This document shows, piece by piece, positions 40,446 through 50,846 of a stretch of 64,000 bases of DNA; position 1 is the first letter of the stretch; every line of letters starts with the position of its first letter. Source of the stretch: an uncultured Gammaproteobacteria bacterium. Its GTDB lineage: Bacteria > Patescibacteriota > Microgenomatia > Daviesbacterales > UBA10151. The notes beneath the pieces are model-generated. The model saw nothing but the letters and a program-made list of their open reading frames with translations, ran no database searches and was not told the DNA's origin. The stretch lies in NCBI GenBank assembly GCA_964649615.1, contig CAZYPW010000002.1, forward strand, positions 2,969 through 66,968. The letters run 5' to 3'. A program made the translations under genes and the position numbers.

Positions 40446-42056
40446 ATGCCAAAAAAGAATTGGCCCTACCTATTAATTTTAGTTTTATCTATTTTTGCAG
40501 TTTATGCTAACTCTTTAAATAATGCTTTTCTCTCAGATGATATAGCAGAAATTGTGCTAAATCCCAGGATTGGGGATTTTAGTTATATTTTTACCCATCC
40601 TTTTGGCTTTATCAGGCTGATTTTAAACTGGATAGCCTATCATTTGGGAGGACTTAATCCCCTTCTTTTTAGAAGCATTAATGTGGGATTTCATATTGGT
40701 TGTGTAGTGTTAATTTTTTATCTTTTAAATATTCTTACCCAATCAAGAAAACTGGCTTTTTTTGTTTCCTGGATCTTTGCAGTCCATCCAGCTATATCTG
40801 AAGCTGTAGTTTGGATTTCTGGAGGAACGTACCCTCAATATACCTTCTTTTTCCTATTATCTCTATTTTTATATATTAAATCCAAAGAAATCAGGAAATT
40901 ATATTGGCTATCTCCTTTGGCATTTTTAGCCAGTTTTATGTCCCATCCACAAATGCCCATAGCTTTATTTTTAATCTTTCCTCTATATGAGTATATTTTT
41001 GGAAATCTTAAGCAAAATTGGCAAAAATCCCTTCCCTTTTTGGTTATTACTATAGCTTATGCCTTTATTAATTTGGGTGGCTTGCAGGAAAGAACTACTA
41101 CTTTGCAATCTGTCCATTACCAGGAAAAAGGAATAGATAATCCATTTATTTTAATCCCTGTAGCTATTTCTTCTTATTTTGAGCTCCTGCTTTACCCCTC
41201 CACCCTCACTCTTTACCATTCAGAATTAGCTTTTGGAAATTTAGAATTTAGTATAAGAGTTTTATTCACTCTAGCATTAATATTTATTACTTTAATAAGT
41301 TTCAAAAAAAACAAAGTCATCTTTTTTTATCTTGCACTTTTTTGGATTAGCCTTGCCCCTACTTTAACCCCCTTTAGATTAAATTGGATTGTGGCTGAAA
41401 GGTATTTGTATTTACCAATTTTGGGCATTTTGACTACTATTTGCATAGGTATTATTCAGTTAAGCCAAAAATTTAAGCTTAAGGGAATGGATTATGCCCT
41501 AATTATATTAGTAGTTGCACTACTGTCTGTTAGGACCATAGCAAGAAATGTTGATTGGAAAAGTGAGGATAATCTTTGGATTGCCACAGGTAAAACTTCT
41601 CCTTCCAGCCCAAATACCCACAATAATTTAGGGGATGTTTACGGAAGGTGGGGCAATAAACAAAAAGCCATAGAAGAATTCCAGACTGCCATCTTAATAA
41701 AACCCAACTATGCTGATGCCTACCATAATCTTGCAAATACTTATAGAGAAGTAGGAGAGTTAGATAAAGCTTTGGAAAATTATCATAAAGCCCTGGAATT
41801 TAATCCTAATCTTTGGCAGTCATATCAAAATATAGCAGCAATTTATTTTAATGCAAAACAATATGATAAGACGCTGGATTATATCCAAAAAGCAATCCAG
41901 ATTAACCCCAAAAACATAAATTTAGTAAATAATCTGGGGGTTGTCTATTTAGCTATGGGAGAAAAAGAAAAAGCCAAAGAAATATTTACAAAAGTTTTGG
42001 CCGCAAATCCGCAAAATCAGTTTGCCAGACAGGCCCTGTTTGAAATCAGTAAATAG
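40446..42056 (+). CDS. Polytopic membrane protein with C-terminal TPR repeats (TMTC/PMT-like)
   Basis: N-terminal multi-TM domain and C-terminal TPR repeats (AYHNLANTY, ALENYHKALEFNP). Confidence 0.7.
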   Translation: MPKKNWPYLLILVLSIFAVYANSLNNAFLSDDIAEIVLNPRIGDFSYIFTHPFGFIRLILNWIAYHLGGLNPLLFRSINVGFHIGCVVLIFYLLNILTQSRKLAFFVSWIFAVHPAISEAVVWISGGTYPQYTFFFLLSLFLYIKSKEIRKLYWLSPLAFLASFMSHPQMPIALFLIFPLYEYIFGNLKQNWQKSLPFLVITIAYAFINLGGLQERTTTLQSVHYQEKGIDNPFILIPVAISSYFELLLYPSTLTLYHSELAFGNLEFSIRVLFTLALIFITLISFKKNKVIFFYLALFWISLAPTLTPFRLNWIVAERYLYLPILGILTTICIGIIQLSQKFKLKGMDYALIILVVALLSVRTIARNVDWKSEDNLWIATGKTSPSSPNTHNNLGDVYGRWGNKQKAIEEFQTAILIKPNYADAYHNLANTYREVGELDKALENYHKALEFNPNLWQSYQNIAAIYFNAKQYDKTLDYIQKAIQINPKNINLVNNLGVVYLAMGEKEKAKEIFTKVLAANPQNQFARQALFEISK

Positions 42057-42138
42057 CTTGTGAGGAAGAGATTTTACTTTGGCTGAATCTTCATTATCTC
42101 TTTGCATTAAATATTTTACCCCTTGAAATAATTTAAAT

Positions 42139-42159
42139 ATATCCCTATACTGGGGATAT
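42139..42159. promoter_or_regulatory. Putative CsoR-type operator
   Basis: Palindrome ATATCCC-tatact-GGGGATAT overlapping the -10 region and start codon of csoR. Resembles the C/G-tract pseudo-palindromes bound by CsoR. Confidence 0.4.
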
Positions 42160-42433
42160 GGCATACCGACCAAAAGATACTCAGGAAAGAATACTCCATA
42201 GGTTAAAGATTGCCCAGGGGCACTTAAAAAAAGTTTTAAGGATGGTGGAAGGCGGCGAATATTGCATTGATGTTATCCATCAATCACGGGCAGTACAAAG
42301 GGCTTTGCAGGAAGCAGATAACCTGGTTTTGGAAAATCACCTGAAGGGTTGTGTGGTTGATCATATTAAAAAAGGCGAATCAGATTCTTCTATAAAAGAA
42401 ATAATGCATGTTTTTAAAAAAAGAGAAACATGA
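42158..42433 (+). CDS. csoR: CsoR/RcnR-family metal-sensing transcriptional repressor
   Basis: DUF156 fold with C...H...C ligand pattern (YCIDVIHQ ... HLKGC). Confidence 0.7.
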   Translation: MAYRPKDTQERILHRLKIAQGHLKKVLRMVEGGEYCIDVIHQSRAVQRALQEADNLVLENHLKGCVVDHIKKGESDSSIKEIMHVFKKRET

Positions 42434-42927
42434 ATGGCAAAAAAATTATTATTGGTTTTGTAACCTTTACCCTTCTCATATTGGGAGGTGGAATTTATAT
42501 TTTAAGTGCGGCCAGCACCAATCCTGCTGCGGTGATCTCTTCCCAAAATGCCAAGGTTTCTGCTGATGAAAAAACTTATGACTGGGGTAATATTAATTAT
42601 AGCGGGCCGGATGCCACCAAGGCCTTCACCATCAAAAATACCGGCACTGATGTATTGAAGCTGACCAATATTAAAACTTCCTGTGCCTGTACATATGCTC
42701 AAATTGTTATTGATGGAAAGGTTAGCCCGAAATTTGGTATGCATAGTACTTCCTCCTGGGTTGGAGAAGTGCCTGTTGGTAAGGAAGCTCAACTTATTGT
42801 TGTTTTTAACCAGGATTTTCATGGCCCAACAGGAGTAGGGCCAATTGAAAGACTAATCTCTGTTGAGACAAATGACATACAAAATCCCAGCTTAGAGTTT
42901 TCCTTAAAAGGAATAGTGGTAAAGTAA
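42430..42927 (+). CDS. DUF1573 domain protein
   Basis: YDWGNI...FTIKNTGTDVLKLTNIKTSCACT matches the DUF1573 signature ending sCgCT. Confidence 0.5.
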   Translation: MNGKKIIIGFVTFTLLILGGGIYILSAASTNPAAVISSQNAKVSADEKTYDWGNINYSGPDATKAFTIKNTGTDVLKLTNIKTSCACTYAQIVIDGKVSPKFGMHSTSSWVGEVPVGKEAQLIVVFNQDFHGPTGVGPIERLISVETNDIQNPSLEFSLKGIVVK

Positions 42928-42941
42928 ATTCAAAAATCAAA

Positions 42942-43886
42942 ATGCAAAAGCCAAAAATACAATTCAAAATTAAAAATTTTCTTTCTACAGCTGTTCCCTT
43001 GTGGATGATTTTGTTAATAGTATTCAATTCGACTCTGGCTATGGGTTTTGGGCAATATTACCTAATGAAACTTGAGCTGCAAAAAAATATAAAGGAACTT
43101 TCTAAGAGCTTAGATCCTGTTCAAATGGCGGCAGCATTGAAACAGGAAGTTTTGCCACAAAAAGGCTATATGACTTCCCTTAAATGGAAGGATTTGGGTA
43201 AAAAACTGATTGAAGCCGGGGCAATTGATAAACAAAAATATGAACAAATCTTTACCCTTCAATCAGACGGGGCAGACCATATGAAATATATGGATGGAAA
43301 CTGGGATGAAAATATTACTATCACTGAGGAAAATAGCCGTTTTATGGCCAATACTTTATGGGCTTTGGGCTTGGTGAACAAAAGCAGAGTTTTAGATAAA
43401 GGGCCGATGAGGGAAGAAGGGATTGAAACTGCTAATATGGCCTCAACTGGCGGATGGACTTTAGGGATAAAACCTGCCATGGAAATTTATTCCTCTGCAG
43501 AAATTATTCCTCTAACTTTGGAGCAGCAGGATTTAGTGAAAAGGATTGCGGATAATGTATTTCGGCCTTGCTGCGGGAATGCCACCAGCTTTCCGGATTG
43601 TAATCACGGCATGGCAGCTTTGGGCTATATTGAGTGGGCAGTTTATAATGGTTTGAGCGAACAGCAAATATACAAAGACCTGCTGGCTTTTAATTCCTTC
43701 TGGTTTCCGCAAAATTATGTTGATTTAGCAGTATACTTTGAAAAACAGGGAATTAAATGGAAAGATCTTAATCCGAAACTGGCTTTGTCTTCCTCTTATT
43801 CTTCTGCCCAGAGTGCCCAGCGGATTAAACAATCCATCCAGCCTGTTCCCGGGGTTGGCGGAGACGGAGGGGGTTGTAGTGTTTAA
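42942..43886 (+). CDS. Secreted hypothetical protein with a Cys cluster
   Basis: N-terminal TM and RPCCGNATSFPDCNHG motif. Confidence 0.3.
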   Translation: MQKPKIQFKIKNFLSTAVPLWMILLIVFNSTLAMGFGQYYLMKLELQKNIKELSKSLDPVQMAAALKQEVLPQKGYMTSLKWKDLGKKLIEAGAIDKQKYEQIFTLQSDGADHMKYMDGNWDENITITEENSRFMANTLWALGLVNKSRVLDKGPMREEGIETANMASTGGWTLGIKPAMEIYSSAEIIPLTLEQQDLVKRIADNVFRPCCGNATSFPDCNHGMAALGYIEWAVYNGLSEQQIYKDLLAFNSFWFPQNYVDLAVYFEKQGIKWKDLNPKLALSSSYSSAQSAQRIKQSIQPVPGVGGDGGGCSV

Positions 43887-44699
43887 ATGGAGAATATCTT
43901 TTTTCAAACCTCGCTGATAGCCGCATTTGTGGCCGGGATGGTGGCTTTATTTGCCCCCTGCTGCATTACTTTTTTACTGCCTGCTTATTTAGGCAGCGTT
44001 TTTAAGGAGAAAGAAAAAGTGCTCCTGATGACTTTGGTTTTCGGGGCAGGAATTTTCGTGGTGCTTTTGCCAGCTGTTTTAGGAGTGGCTTTAATTTCAC
44101 AACTTTTGTTTCGCTATCATGATGTTATCTATATTTTAGGTGGCCTGGTGATGATAGCAGTGGCCATAACCACTTTTTTAGGAATCAAGATGCCGATGCC
44201 TAATTTGCCTCAGGCTAATGTTGGAGGAAGGACAGATGTGTTTTCTATTTTTACCCTAGGAATTTTTTCAGGGCTAACCAGCGCTTGCTGTGCACCTGTT
44301 TTAATTGGCATTATGGCTTTAACCTTGCTCTCTCCCAGCTTTTTCGGGGCTCTTTTAATAGGAGGAATGTATGTGTTAGGTATGATAGTTCCGCTTCTTT
44401 TCATCTCTATTTTTCTGTCAGGTAAGATTTCAAAAATGGCTTTACTGAGAAAACCAATTATAGGGAATGTTACTTTAAGTAACCTGATTGCCTCGGTTAT
44501 TTTTTTGATAACAGGCATATTGGCTTTATGGTTAACATTAACCGGCAGGCTGTCTGCTTCCAACATGGATCAGTTCACTGAAACTATTACTACTTCTTTA
44601 AGCTGGGTTAATGATGCAGTTGGAGAAAACGGCATATTAAATTTTGGTTTTTTGATAATAATTATTTTGTTTATTTATTGGATTGCCAAAAAGGTTTAA
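43887..44699 (+). CDS. CcdA/DsbD-family thiol-disulfide transmembrane protein
   Basis: FAPCCITFLLPAYLG resembles the CcdA SPCvLPllPaYL motif. A second Cys pair is SACCAPVL. Confidence 0.55.
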   Translation: MENIFFQTSLIAAFVAGMVALFAPCCITFLLPAYLGSVFKEKEKVLLMTLVFGAGIFVVLLPAVLGVALISQLLFRYHDVIYILGGLVMIAVAITTFLGIKMPMPNLPQANVGGRTDVFSIFTLGIFSGLTSACCAPVLIGIMALTLLSPSFFGALLIGGMYVLGMIVPLLFISIFLSGKISKMALLRKPIIGNVTLSNLIASVIFLITGILALWLTLTGRLSASNMDQFTETITTSLSWVNDAVGENGILNFGFLIIIILFIYWIAKKV

Positions 44700-44948
44700 T
44701 ATTGATTAAAGGGGGTGATTTTATATGATGGGCTACGGAAATTGGGGAGGATACTCTGGTATGATGAATTCAGGATTTGGGATTTTGGCCACTGCTTTTT
44801 GGCTGGTAATTTTAGTGGACCTGATTCTTTTGGGTGTTTGGCTATGGAAACAAATAAATAAAAATAAATAGGTTAGGAAAAATGTTAAATGCGAAACCCA
44901 TAGAAGATAAATGGGCCAAATAGTTTAAATATGAGAGGATGATAATCT

Positions 44949-45308
44949 ATGGAGATAGACAAAGTAATTGTCATTGTTTTAGGTTTAGTAGGTATAGCTT
45001 TTACTTTCTGGTTTTTTCTGATGAAGAAAGAAAAGGAGGTGATTGTGGTGGATGAAGTGGATATTAAAGTAAGTGGTGGTTATTCACCTGAGGTAATCTC
45101 TATAGCTAAAGGAAAATTAACGAAAATTAATTTTTTAAGAACAGATCCAACTGATTGTTTATCAGAGGTAGTTTTGGGTGATTTTAAAATTAGAAAAGAA
45201 TTACCTTTAAATCAGAAAGTAACGATAGAAGTTACCCCTCAAAAGGAAGGGGAATATAAATTTAGTTGTGGAATGAATATGTATCATGGCCGGATAGTAG
45301 TTCGTTAG
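44949..45308 (+). CDS. Cupredoxin-like copper-binding domain protein
   Basis: TM anchor plus C-terminal ...EGEYKFSCGMNMYHGRIVV (C/H/M ligand pattern). Motif repeated in 51358-52353. Confidence 0.45.
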   Translation: MEIDKVIVIVLGLVGIAFTFWFFLMKKEKEVIVVDEVDIKVSGGYSPEVISIAKGKLTKINFLRTDPTDCLSEVVLGDFKIRKELPLNQKVTIEVTPQKEGEYKFSCGMNMYHGRIVVR

Positions 45309-45397
45309 TTCGTGATTGGTTAGAAGGAGATTAACGAATTATATGAATGGTGTGATAAATTATCTCGTACGATCAGTGCTTTAAAAAGGTCTCTACA

Positions 45398-47683
45398 ATG
45401 AACGATGAACTAACTAACAAACTAACCACTAAAACCTTTCCTATTAAAGGTATGCATTGTGCTTCCTGTGTCAGGATTCTGGAAAAATCCTTAAGCCGGG
45501 TTAATGGGGTTTCAAGTTGCGCGGTAAATTTGGCGACAGAAACAGCAACTGTTGATTATGATCCTAAAAAAGTAACAGATAATGATCTGGAATCTGCCGT
45601 AGCTAATGTAGGCTACATTGCAGGAATTAATGAAGAGCTTAAAACAGAGGATCAGCAAAAACAAGAGAAAGAAAAAGAGTTGAAAAGTTTGCGCAACAAA
45701 GTTTTTATAAGTTTGGGTTTGGGATCCTTAATTGTCTGGGGATCTTTCCCTGGACTGATGGAATTTGCTCCCCTGATTTTAAAAAACTTTTGGGTGCAGC
45801 TGATTTTGGCCATTCCGGTGCAATTTTGGGCAGGTTTGACTTTTTACCAGGCTACTCTTCCTGCCTTACGCCACCGTACTGCCAATATGGACACACTGGT
45901 AGCAATCGGTACGACAGTGGCTTTTTCCTATTCCGCAGTTGTAACCATTTTTCCTCAACTACTTGTAAGCATAGGAGTAAAACCAGAGCCGTATTTCGAT
46001 GTTTCCACCATAATCATTGGTCTTATCTTATTAGGGAGATATTTTGAGGCTAAAGCCAAAGCTGGAACTTCAGAAGCCATCAAAAAACTAATTGGGCTGC
46101 AAGCCAAAACAGCCAGAGTTGTAAGAGGGGGTAAAGAGGTAGATATACCAATAGATCAGGTAGTGATTGGGGATACTATCAGAGTCAGGCCGGGAGAAAA
46201 GATTCCGGTTGACGGGATAATTTTAGAAGGTCAGTCTTCAATTGATGAATCTATGATAACAGGAGAAAGTATTCCTTCTGATAAGTCGAAAGGTGATACA
46301 GTTATCGGGGCAACCATTAATAAAACCGGCACTTTTTTATATAAAGCAACTAAGGTTGGATCAGACACCATGCTTTCACAAATTATAAAACTGGTAGCAG
46401 AGGCTCAAGCCAGTAAAGCTCCAATACAAAGACTGGCTGATTTAATTTCTTCTTATTTTGTGCCAATAGTGATTATACTGGCAATTCTTACTTTTGTAAT
46501 CTGGTATGTTTTTGGCCCCTCCCCTGCTTTTCTTTTTGCCATGTTAAATATGGTGGCTGTGTTAATTATTGCCTGTCCCTGTGCCATGGGTTTGGCCACC
46601 CCGACTGCTATTATGGTGGGAACAGGCATTGGGGCGAACAAAGGAATTTTAATTAAAGACGCAGCCAGTTTAGAAACTGCCCATAAGATTAATACTGTCA
46701 TTTTTGATAAGACCGGGACCTTAACTAAGGGAAAGCCGGAAGTAACAGATGTAATTTACAGTTCACAGTTAGTTAGTGATTCGTTAGTTAGTAAAAACAG
46801 TGAACCAAGTAACCAACTAACCAATAACATTCTACGTTTGGCTGCCTCGCTTGAAAAAGGTTCGGAGCATTCTTTAGCTGAGGCAATTGTTAACAAAGGT
46901 GAAGAGGAAAAGGTAAAGTTTATGAAAGTAGCAAACTTTAAGGCAATCCCGGGCCATGGTGTGGAGGGGATAATTGGCGGAAAGAAAGTTGCCTTAGGCA
47001 ATAGGAGGCTGATGGAAAGACAGGGTATAAATATAGATGAGAAAGTGGTGGAAAGATTGGAAAATGAAGGTAAAACAGTGATGATGCTTGCTGTGGATGG
47101 AAAGGCGGCAGGATTAATTGCTGTGGCAGATACACTTAAGGATTCTGCCAAAGATGGAGTAGAAGCGCTTACAAAAAAGAATATAGAGGTAATTATGATT
47201 ACCGGAGACAACCAAAGAACTGCTCAAGCCATCGCCAAACAGGTAGGAATTAAAAGGGTTCTGGCAGAGGTTTTGCCCGATCAAAAAGAAGCAGAAGTTA
47301 AAAAGATTCAAGCTGAAAATAAAAAAGTTGCTATGGTGGGTGATGGCATTAATGACGCACCGGCGCTTGCAGCTGCAGATATCGGGATTGCCATGGGATC
47401 TGGTACTGATGTGGCAATTGAATCCGCCGGAATTACTTTAATAAATAAAGATTTGACATCTGTAGTATCGGCAGTAGAGCTTTCCAAAAAAACTATGAGG
47501 ACCATAAGATTAAATTTATTTTGGGCTTTCGGGTATAATATTATTTTGATACCTGTGGCTATGGGAATATTGTACCCAAATTTTGGAATATTGCTTAATC
47601 CTATTTTTGCATCAGGTGCTATGGCTTTAAGTTCAATATCAGTTGTTTCAAATTCACTTTTACTTAAAAGGTTTAAAATGTAA
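45398..47683 (+). CDS. copA: Copper-translocating P1B-type ATPase
   Basis: N-terminal [14 protein letters not shown] motif [26 protein letters not shown]. Confidence 0.9.
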   Translation: MNDELTNKLTTKTFPIKGMHCASCVRILEKSLSRVNGVSSCAVNLATETATVDYDPKKVTDNDLESAVANVGYIAGINEELKTEDQQKQEKEKELKSLRNKVFISLGLGSLIVWGSFPGLMEFAPLILKNFWVQLILAIPVQFWAGLTFYQATLPALRHRTANMDTLVAIGTTVAFSYSAVVTIFPQLLVSIGVKPEPYFDVSTIIIGLILLGRYFEAKAKAGTSEAIKKLIGLQAKTARVVRGGKEVDIPIDQVVIGDTIRVRPGEKIPVDGIILEGQSSIDESMITGESIPSDKSKGDTVIGATINKTGTFLYKATKVGSDTMLSQIIKLVAEAQASKAPIQRLADLISSYFVPIVIILAILTFVIWYVFGPSPAFLFAMLNMVAVLIIACPCAMGLATPTAIMVGTGIGANKGILIKDAASLETAHKINTVIFDKTGTLTKGKPEVTDVIYSSQLVSDSLVSKNSEPSNQLTNNILRLAASLEKGSEHSLAEAIVNKGEEEKVKFMKVANFKAIPGHGVEGIIGGKKVALGNRRLMERQGINIDEKVVERLENEGKTVMMLAVDGKAAGLIAVADTLKDSAKDGVEALTKKNIEVIMITGDNQRTAQAIAKQVGIKRVLAEVLPDQKEAEVKKIQAENKKVAMVGDGINDAPALAAADIGIAMGSGTDVAIESAGITLINKDLTSVVSAVELSKKTMRTIRLNLFWAFGYNIILIPVAMGILYPNFGILLNPIFASGAMALSSISVVSNSLLLKRFKM

Positions 47684-47703
47684 TTGACTAGATATTAATT
47701 TAG

Positions 47704-47720
47704 TACTACACTATGTAGTA
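47704..47720. promoter_or_regulatory. BlaI/CopY-type operator box
   Basis: Perfect dyad TACTACA-cta-TGTAGTA with TACA/TGTA half-sites, overlapping the promoter of the blaI-like gene. Confidence 0.5.
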
Positions 47721-47723
47721 AAT

Positions 47724-48116
47724 ATGAGCAGTAAACAAAAAGTTGGCAAAGTTTTAGGTGAGTTAGAATCAGAAGTGATGAAAGTCATTTGGCAATCTCA
47801 AAGTTCTGTTCCAGTAAGAGGTATTACTGAAATTCTTCAAAAAAAGCGTAAAATTGCCTATACCACTGTAATGACTATAATGAATCGTTTAGTAGATAAA
47901 AAACTTTTGAGCCGTAAACAGGATGGTAGGGCTTATCTATATAAGTCTGCAGAATCTAGAGATAAGTTTTTAACTAGAATTTCCCGTCAAATCATCAAAA
48001 ACTTTGTCTCAAGCTTTGGCGATGCAGCTGTTGCATATTTTGTTGACGAGTTAGAAAAGACGCCAGTTAAGAGACAAGCAAGGCTAATCAAATTACTTAA
48101 GGACTCAAATGAATAG
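47724..48116 (+). CDS. BlaI/MecI/CopY-family transcriptional repressor
   Basis: Penicillinase-repressor wHTH (ITEILQKKRKIAYTTVMTIMNRLVDKKLLSRKQDGRAYLY). No C-terminal Cys metal motif. Confidence 0.7.
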   Translation: MSSKQKVGKVLGELESEVMKVIWQSQSSVPVRGITEILQKKRKIAYTTVMTIMNRLVDKKLLSRKQDGRAYLYKSAESRDKFLTRISRQIIKNFVSSFGDAAVAYFVDELEKTPVKRQARLIKLLKDSNE

Positions 48117-48921
48117 TAATTTTATATTTAGTTACTGTCAGCAAGTTTTGTCCAATTATTCTTCTATAATATATTCTATAATCGGAGTACTACTGTCAGT
48201 AGCTTTAATCTATCTAGCTTTACAGCTTTTTTTCACCAACCAATTTCTAAAAAGATATTTAAAAAAGAGAGTTAAATCTTCTGATAAACTTTCTAAAATT
48301 GCCTTACCACTTAAGATCTTAGATAGAGTTGATGTAGTTGATTCTAAAGCAAATCTTGTTTTCTGTTATGGAATTTTGAGACCGAGGATAGTTTTGAGTT
48401 CACAACTGACCAATTCTTTAAGTGATAAGCAGCTGCGAGCAGTATTACTCCATGAAAGTTGTCACTTAAAAAGTTACGATCCTTTAAAAATTGTTTTGAG
48501 TAGAACTTTATCCTCAATATTCTTTTTTATTCCCCTACTCAAGGATCTGCAAAGACATTATATGCTGACAAAAGAGATTGTTGCTGATATGGAAGTAATA
48601 AAATACAGCGGCAAGGAAGTTTTGATATCAGTTTTGTCTAAACTCATAACATCGAGATTTTCTAGTTTGAATACTATTGCGGCGTTGGTAACAACAAATG
48701 ATTTAGAGAAAAGGATACTTTATCTGGGTGGTAAACAAAAAAGCATCGCCTTCCAACCGCCTATGTTTAATATAGCTATTTCCATCTTTATGGTCGTTGC
48801 CTTATTCATAGTAATTAGTACCCCTGTTTATGCTGTAAAAAACCAAGAAGGTGGTTTTTGTAAGACAGAAAATCAGGTTAACTATAGTCAGCACTTACCA
48901 TACACACCTTTGCCTAACTAA
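48109..48921 (+). CDS. BlaR1-like M56 peptidase domain protein lacking a sensor domain
   Basis: HESCH HExxH motif in a membrane context, overlapping the blaI-like stop. At 270 aa it is far shorter than a sensor-containing BlaR1. Confidence 0.55.
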   Translation: MNSNFIFSYCQQVLSNYSSIIYSIIGVLLSVALIYLALQLFFTNQFLKRYLKKRVKSSDKLSKIALPLKILDRVDVVDSKANLVFCYGILRPRIVLSSQLTNSLSDKQLRAVLLHESCHLKSYDPLKIVLSRTLSSIFFFIPLLKDLQRHYMLTKEIVADMEVIKYSGKEVLISVLSKLITSRFSSLNTIAALVTTNDLEKRILYLGGKQKSIAFQPPMFNIAISIFMVVALFIVISTPVYAVKNQEGGFCKTENQVNYSQHLPYTPLPN

Positions 48922-48948
48922 TCTCTATTGACAAACCCCAAAATAATC

Positions 48949-48965
48949 TACTACACTATGTAGTA
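48949..48965. promoter_or_regulatory. BlaI/CopY-type operator box, second copy
   Basis: Identical TACTACActaTGTAGTA dyad downstream of a TTGACA -35, upstream of the dsbA-like gene. Confidence 0.5.
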
Positions 48966-48967
48966 AC

Positions 48968-49693
48968 ATGAATATATCAACTGCTCAAAGTATTTTAATA
49001 GGTTCAATTATCATTTCTCTAGCAATTCTAATAAGTGGAGGGATTATTAAGTTTGGAACACCTGTATCATCAACCACAGGGTCCCCAACAACACAAGCCG
49101 CTGTCCCTACCCAATTACCTCCTGAACCTCAAGCTGGTCCTGTAGAGCCTTTAAAAGTAGAAGATCATGTCAGGGGTGATAGAAAAGCCAGGATTTTGCT
49201 TTTTGAATACTCTGATTTAGAATGTCCATTCTGTAAGAGATTTCACCCAACTGCCCAACAGGTAGTTGATGAGTATAAAGGTACTGTAGCTTGGGTTTAC
49301 AGACATTTTCCTCTAGATCAAATTCATTCTAAAGCAGACAAAGAAGCAGAGGCTATAGAATGTGCTAATGAGCTTGGAGGAAATGATGGATTCTGGAAGA
49401 TGGCTGATAAAATTTTTGAAGTTACCCCGTCAAATAATGGATTAAACCTAGATGATCTGCCAAAACTGGCTTCACAAGTGGGGTTGGATCAGAATAAATT
49501 CAAATCTTGCCTTGATTCTGGTAAATATGCTGCTCATGTAGAGGAAGATTATCAGGGAGGTATTAAAGCCGGTATCACTGGCACTCCGGGTAACATTTTA
49601 CTTGATACCAAAACAGGTAAAACAGTTTCCATACCGGGAGCAGTTCCGTTTGAGCAGATTAAACCGTCAATTGACGAATTATTGAAGTCATGA
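48968..49693 (+). CDS. DsbA-like thioredoxin-fold thiol:disulfide oxidoreductase
   Basis: CPFC active site (ECPFCKRF), N-terminal TM anchor. Confidence 0.65.
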   Translation: MNISTAQSILIGSIIISLAILISGGIIKFGTPVSSTTGSPTTQAAVPTQLPPEPQAGPVEPLKVEDHVRGDRKARILLFEYSDLECPFCKRFHPTAQQVVDEYKGTVAWVYRHFPLDQIHSKADKEAEAIECANELGGNDGFWKMADKIFEVTPSNNGLNLDDLPKLASQVGLDQNKFKSCLDSGKYAAHVEEDYQGGIKAGITGTPGNILLDTKTGKTVSIPGAVPFEQIKPSIDELLKS

Positions 49694-49702
49694 ACCTGAA
49701 CA

Positions 49703-50260
49703 ATGAAGCAGTATCTATTTTATTACGTCAGTAACAAGCTTGCTTATCTTTTCTCTGCCAGTAAAATAATTTTCAGTGACAAAAGATATATATTGGGATT
49801 TATGGGTGTAGCCATTGCCATGTTTTGGCTGCTACTTTATATCCCAATTAGGACTGTGCCTGGAAATGACCTTGCCTTCCAGCTGAGTATTTTAACCCCT
49901 AAAGATTGGTTTCTATTTACTCTCCTACCAGTTTTAACTGCTCTTTCTATAGTGATGAATATTTATATCTTAAGAAACAAAAGTTCTATTCGGGATAGTG
50001 CTTCCATGGCTGGGCAAGGAGGCACCGGATTTTTATCCGGGGTTATTGCCTCGGTTTTTGGCACAGCATCTTGCGCTTCTTGTTTGGCTTCTATTTTTGG
50101 CTTTTTAGGAGTAGGCGGAGTATTATTTCTACTACAATACCGAACCTATATTACCGCAGCTGCTATTATTTTGTTGCTTATTTCACTTTATTTTACTTCC
50201 AAAAGAGTGCTCAATGCTTGTGAAAGTTGCAGAATAGGAGTGCATAAACATGGCAACTAA
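49703..50260 (+). CDS. Membrane protein with two CxxC motifs (possible VKOR/DsbB-like partner)
   Basis: Four or more TM segments, CASC within a TM and a C-terminal CESC. Confidence 0.3.
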   Translation: MKQYLFYYVSNKLAYLFSASKIIFSDKRYILGFMGVAIAMFWLLLYIPIRTVPGNDLAFQLSILTPKDWFLFTLLPVLTALSIVMNIYILRNKSSIRDSASMAGQGGTGFLSGVIASVFGTASCASCLASIFGFLGVGGVLFLLQYRTYITAAAIILLLISLYFTSKRVLNACESCRIGVHKHGN

Positions 50261-50840
50261 TCTGGTCAATAGAAAACTCCATATTGTAATCATACTATTG
50301 TTAGTCATAGCAGCTGCTGTCTACTTTGGGTCATTCTCAAAAAAGAGCAGTATTAATCCTTTAGTAAATCAGGCTCTGGCAGCTAAGTTTGATTATTTGA
50401 GCAAGAACGGTAACTCTTCTTGCTCTCAATCTTTTCAAACATCTATTCCTGCTATGTCAGACAATGTGCGTCTACAAGGCTCTTGTTGTTCTCCTATGAG
50501 TATGCATCGTTATCAAGAGCAAGTTGAGGGTTTGAAAAAGTATAAAGAATCTGCTGAAATTCCTATTGATCCTTATGATATTGAAGCTGGGCTTGCCAAA
50601 AAACTACTTTCGTATTATGACTTGCAATTAACTCCAGATGAACAGAAAGAATATGATTACGCTATGCAAAATTCTAATGAAAAAGGTCCTTGTTGTTGTA
50701 AGTGTTGGAGATGGTATGTTTATGGGGGTTTGGGAAAATATTTAATAACAGAGAAAGGATTTACAGGAGAGCAGGTTACTGAGGTATGGAATTTATCAGA
50801 TGGTTGTGGTGGAGAAGGAGACCACGTACAGCATACGTAA
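50250..50840 (+). CDS. Secreted Cys-rich protein
   Basis: Signal/TM then CC/CCC clusters (CCSPMSMH, GPCCCKCWRW). Confidence 0.3.
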   Translation: MATNLVNRKLHIVIILLLVIAAAVYFGSFSKKSSINPLVNQALAAKFDYLSKNGNSSCSQSFQTSIPAMSDNVRLQGSCCSPMSMHRYQEQVEGLKKYKESAEIPIDPYDIEAGLAKKLLSYYDLQLTPDEQKEYDYAMQNSNEKGPCCCKCWRWYVYGGLGKYLITEKGFTGEQVTEVWNLSDGCGGEGDHVQHT

Positions 50841-50846
50841 CTAGCA

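Noticed and set aside
46453-47505. Several minus-strand ORFs inside copA
   Set aside because: They are antisense to a well-supported P-type ATPase, with repetitive S/P/L composition typical of antisense frames.
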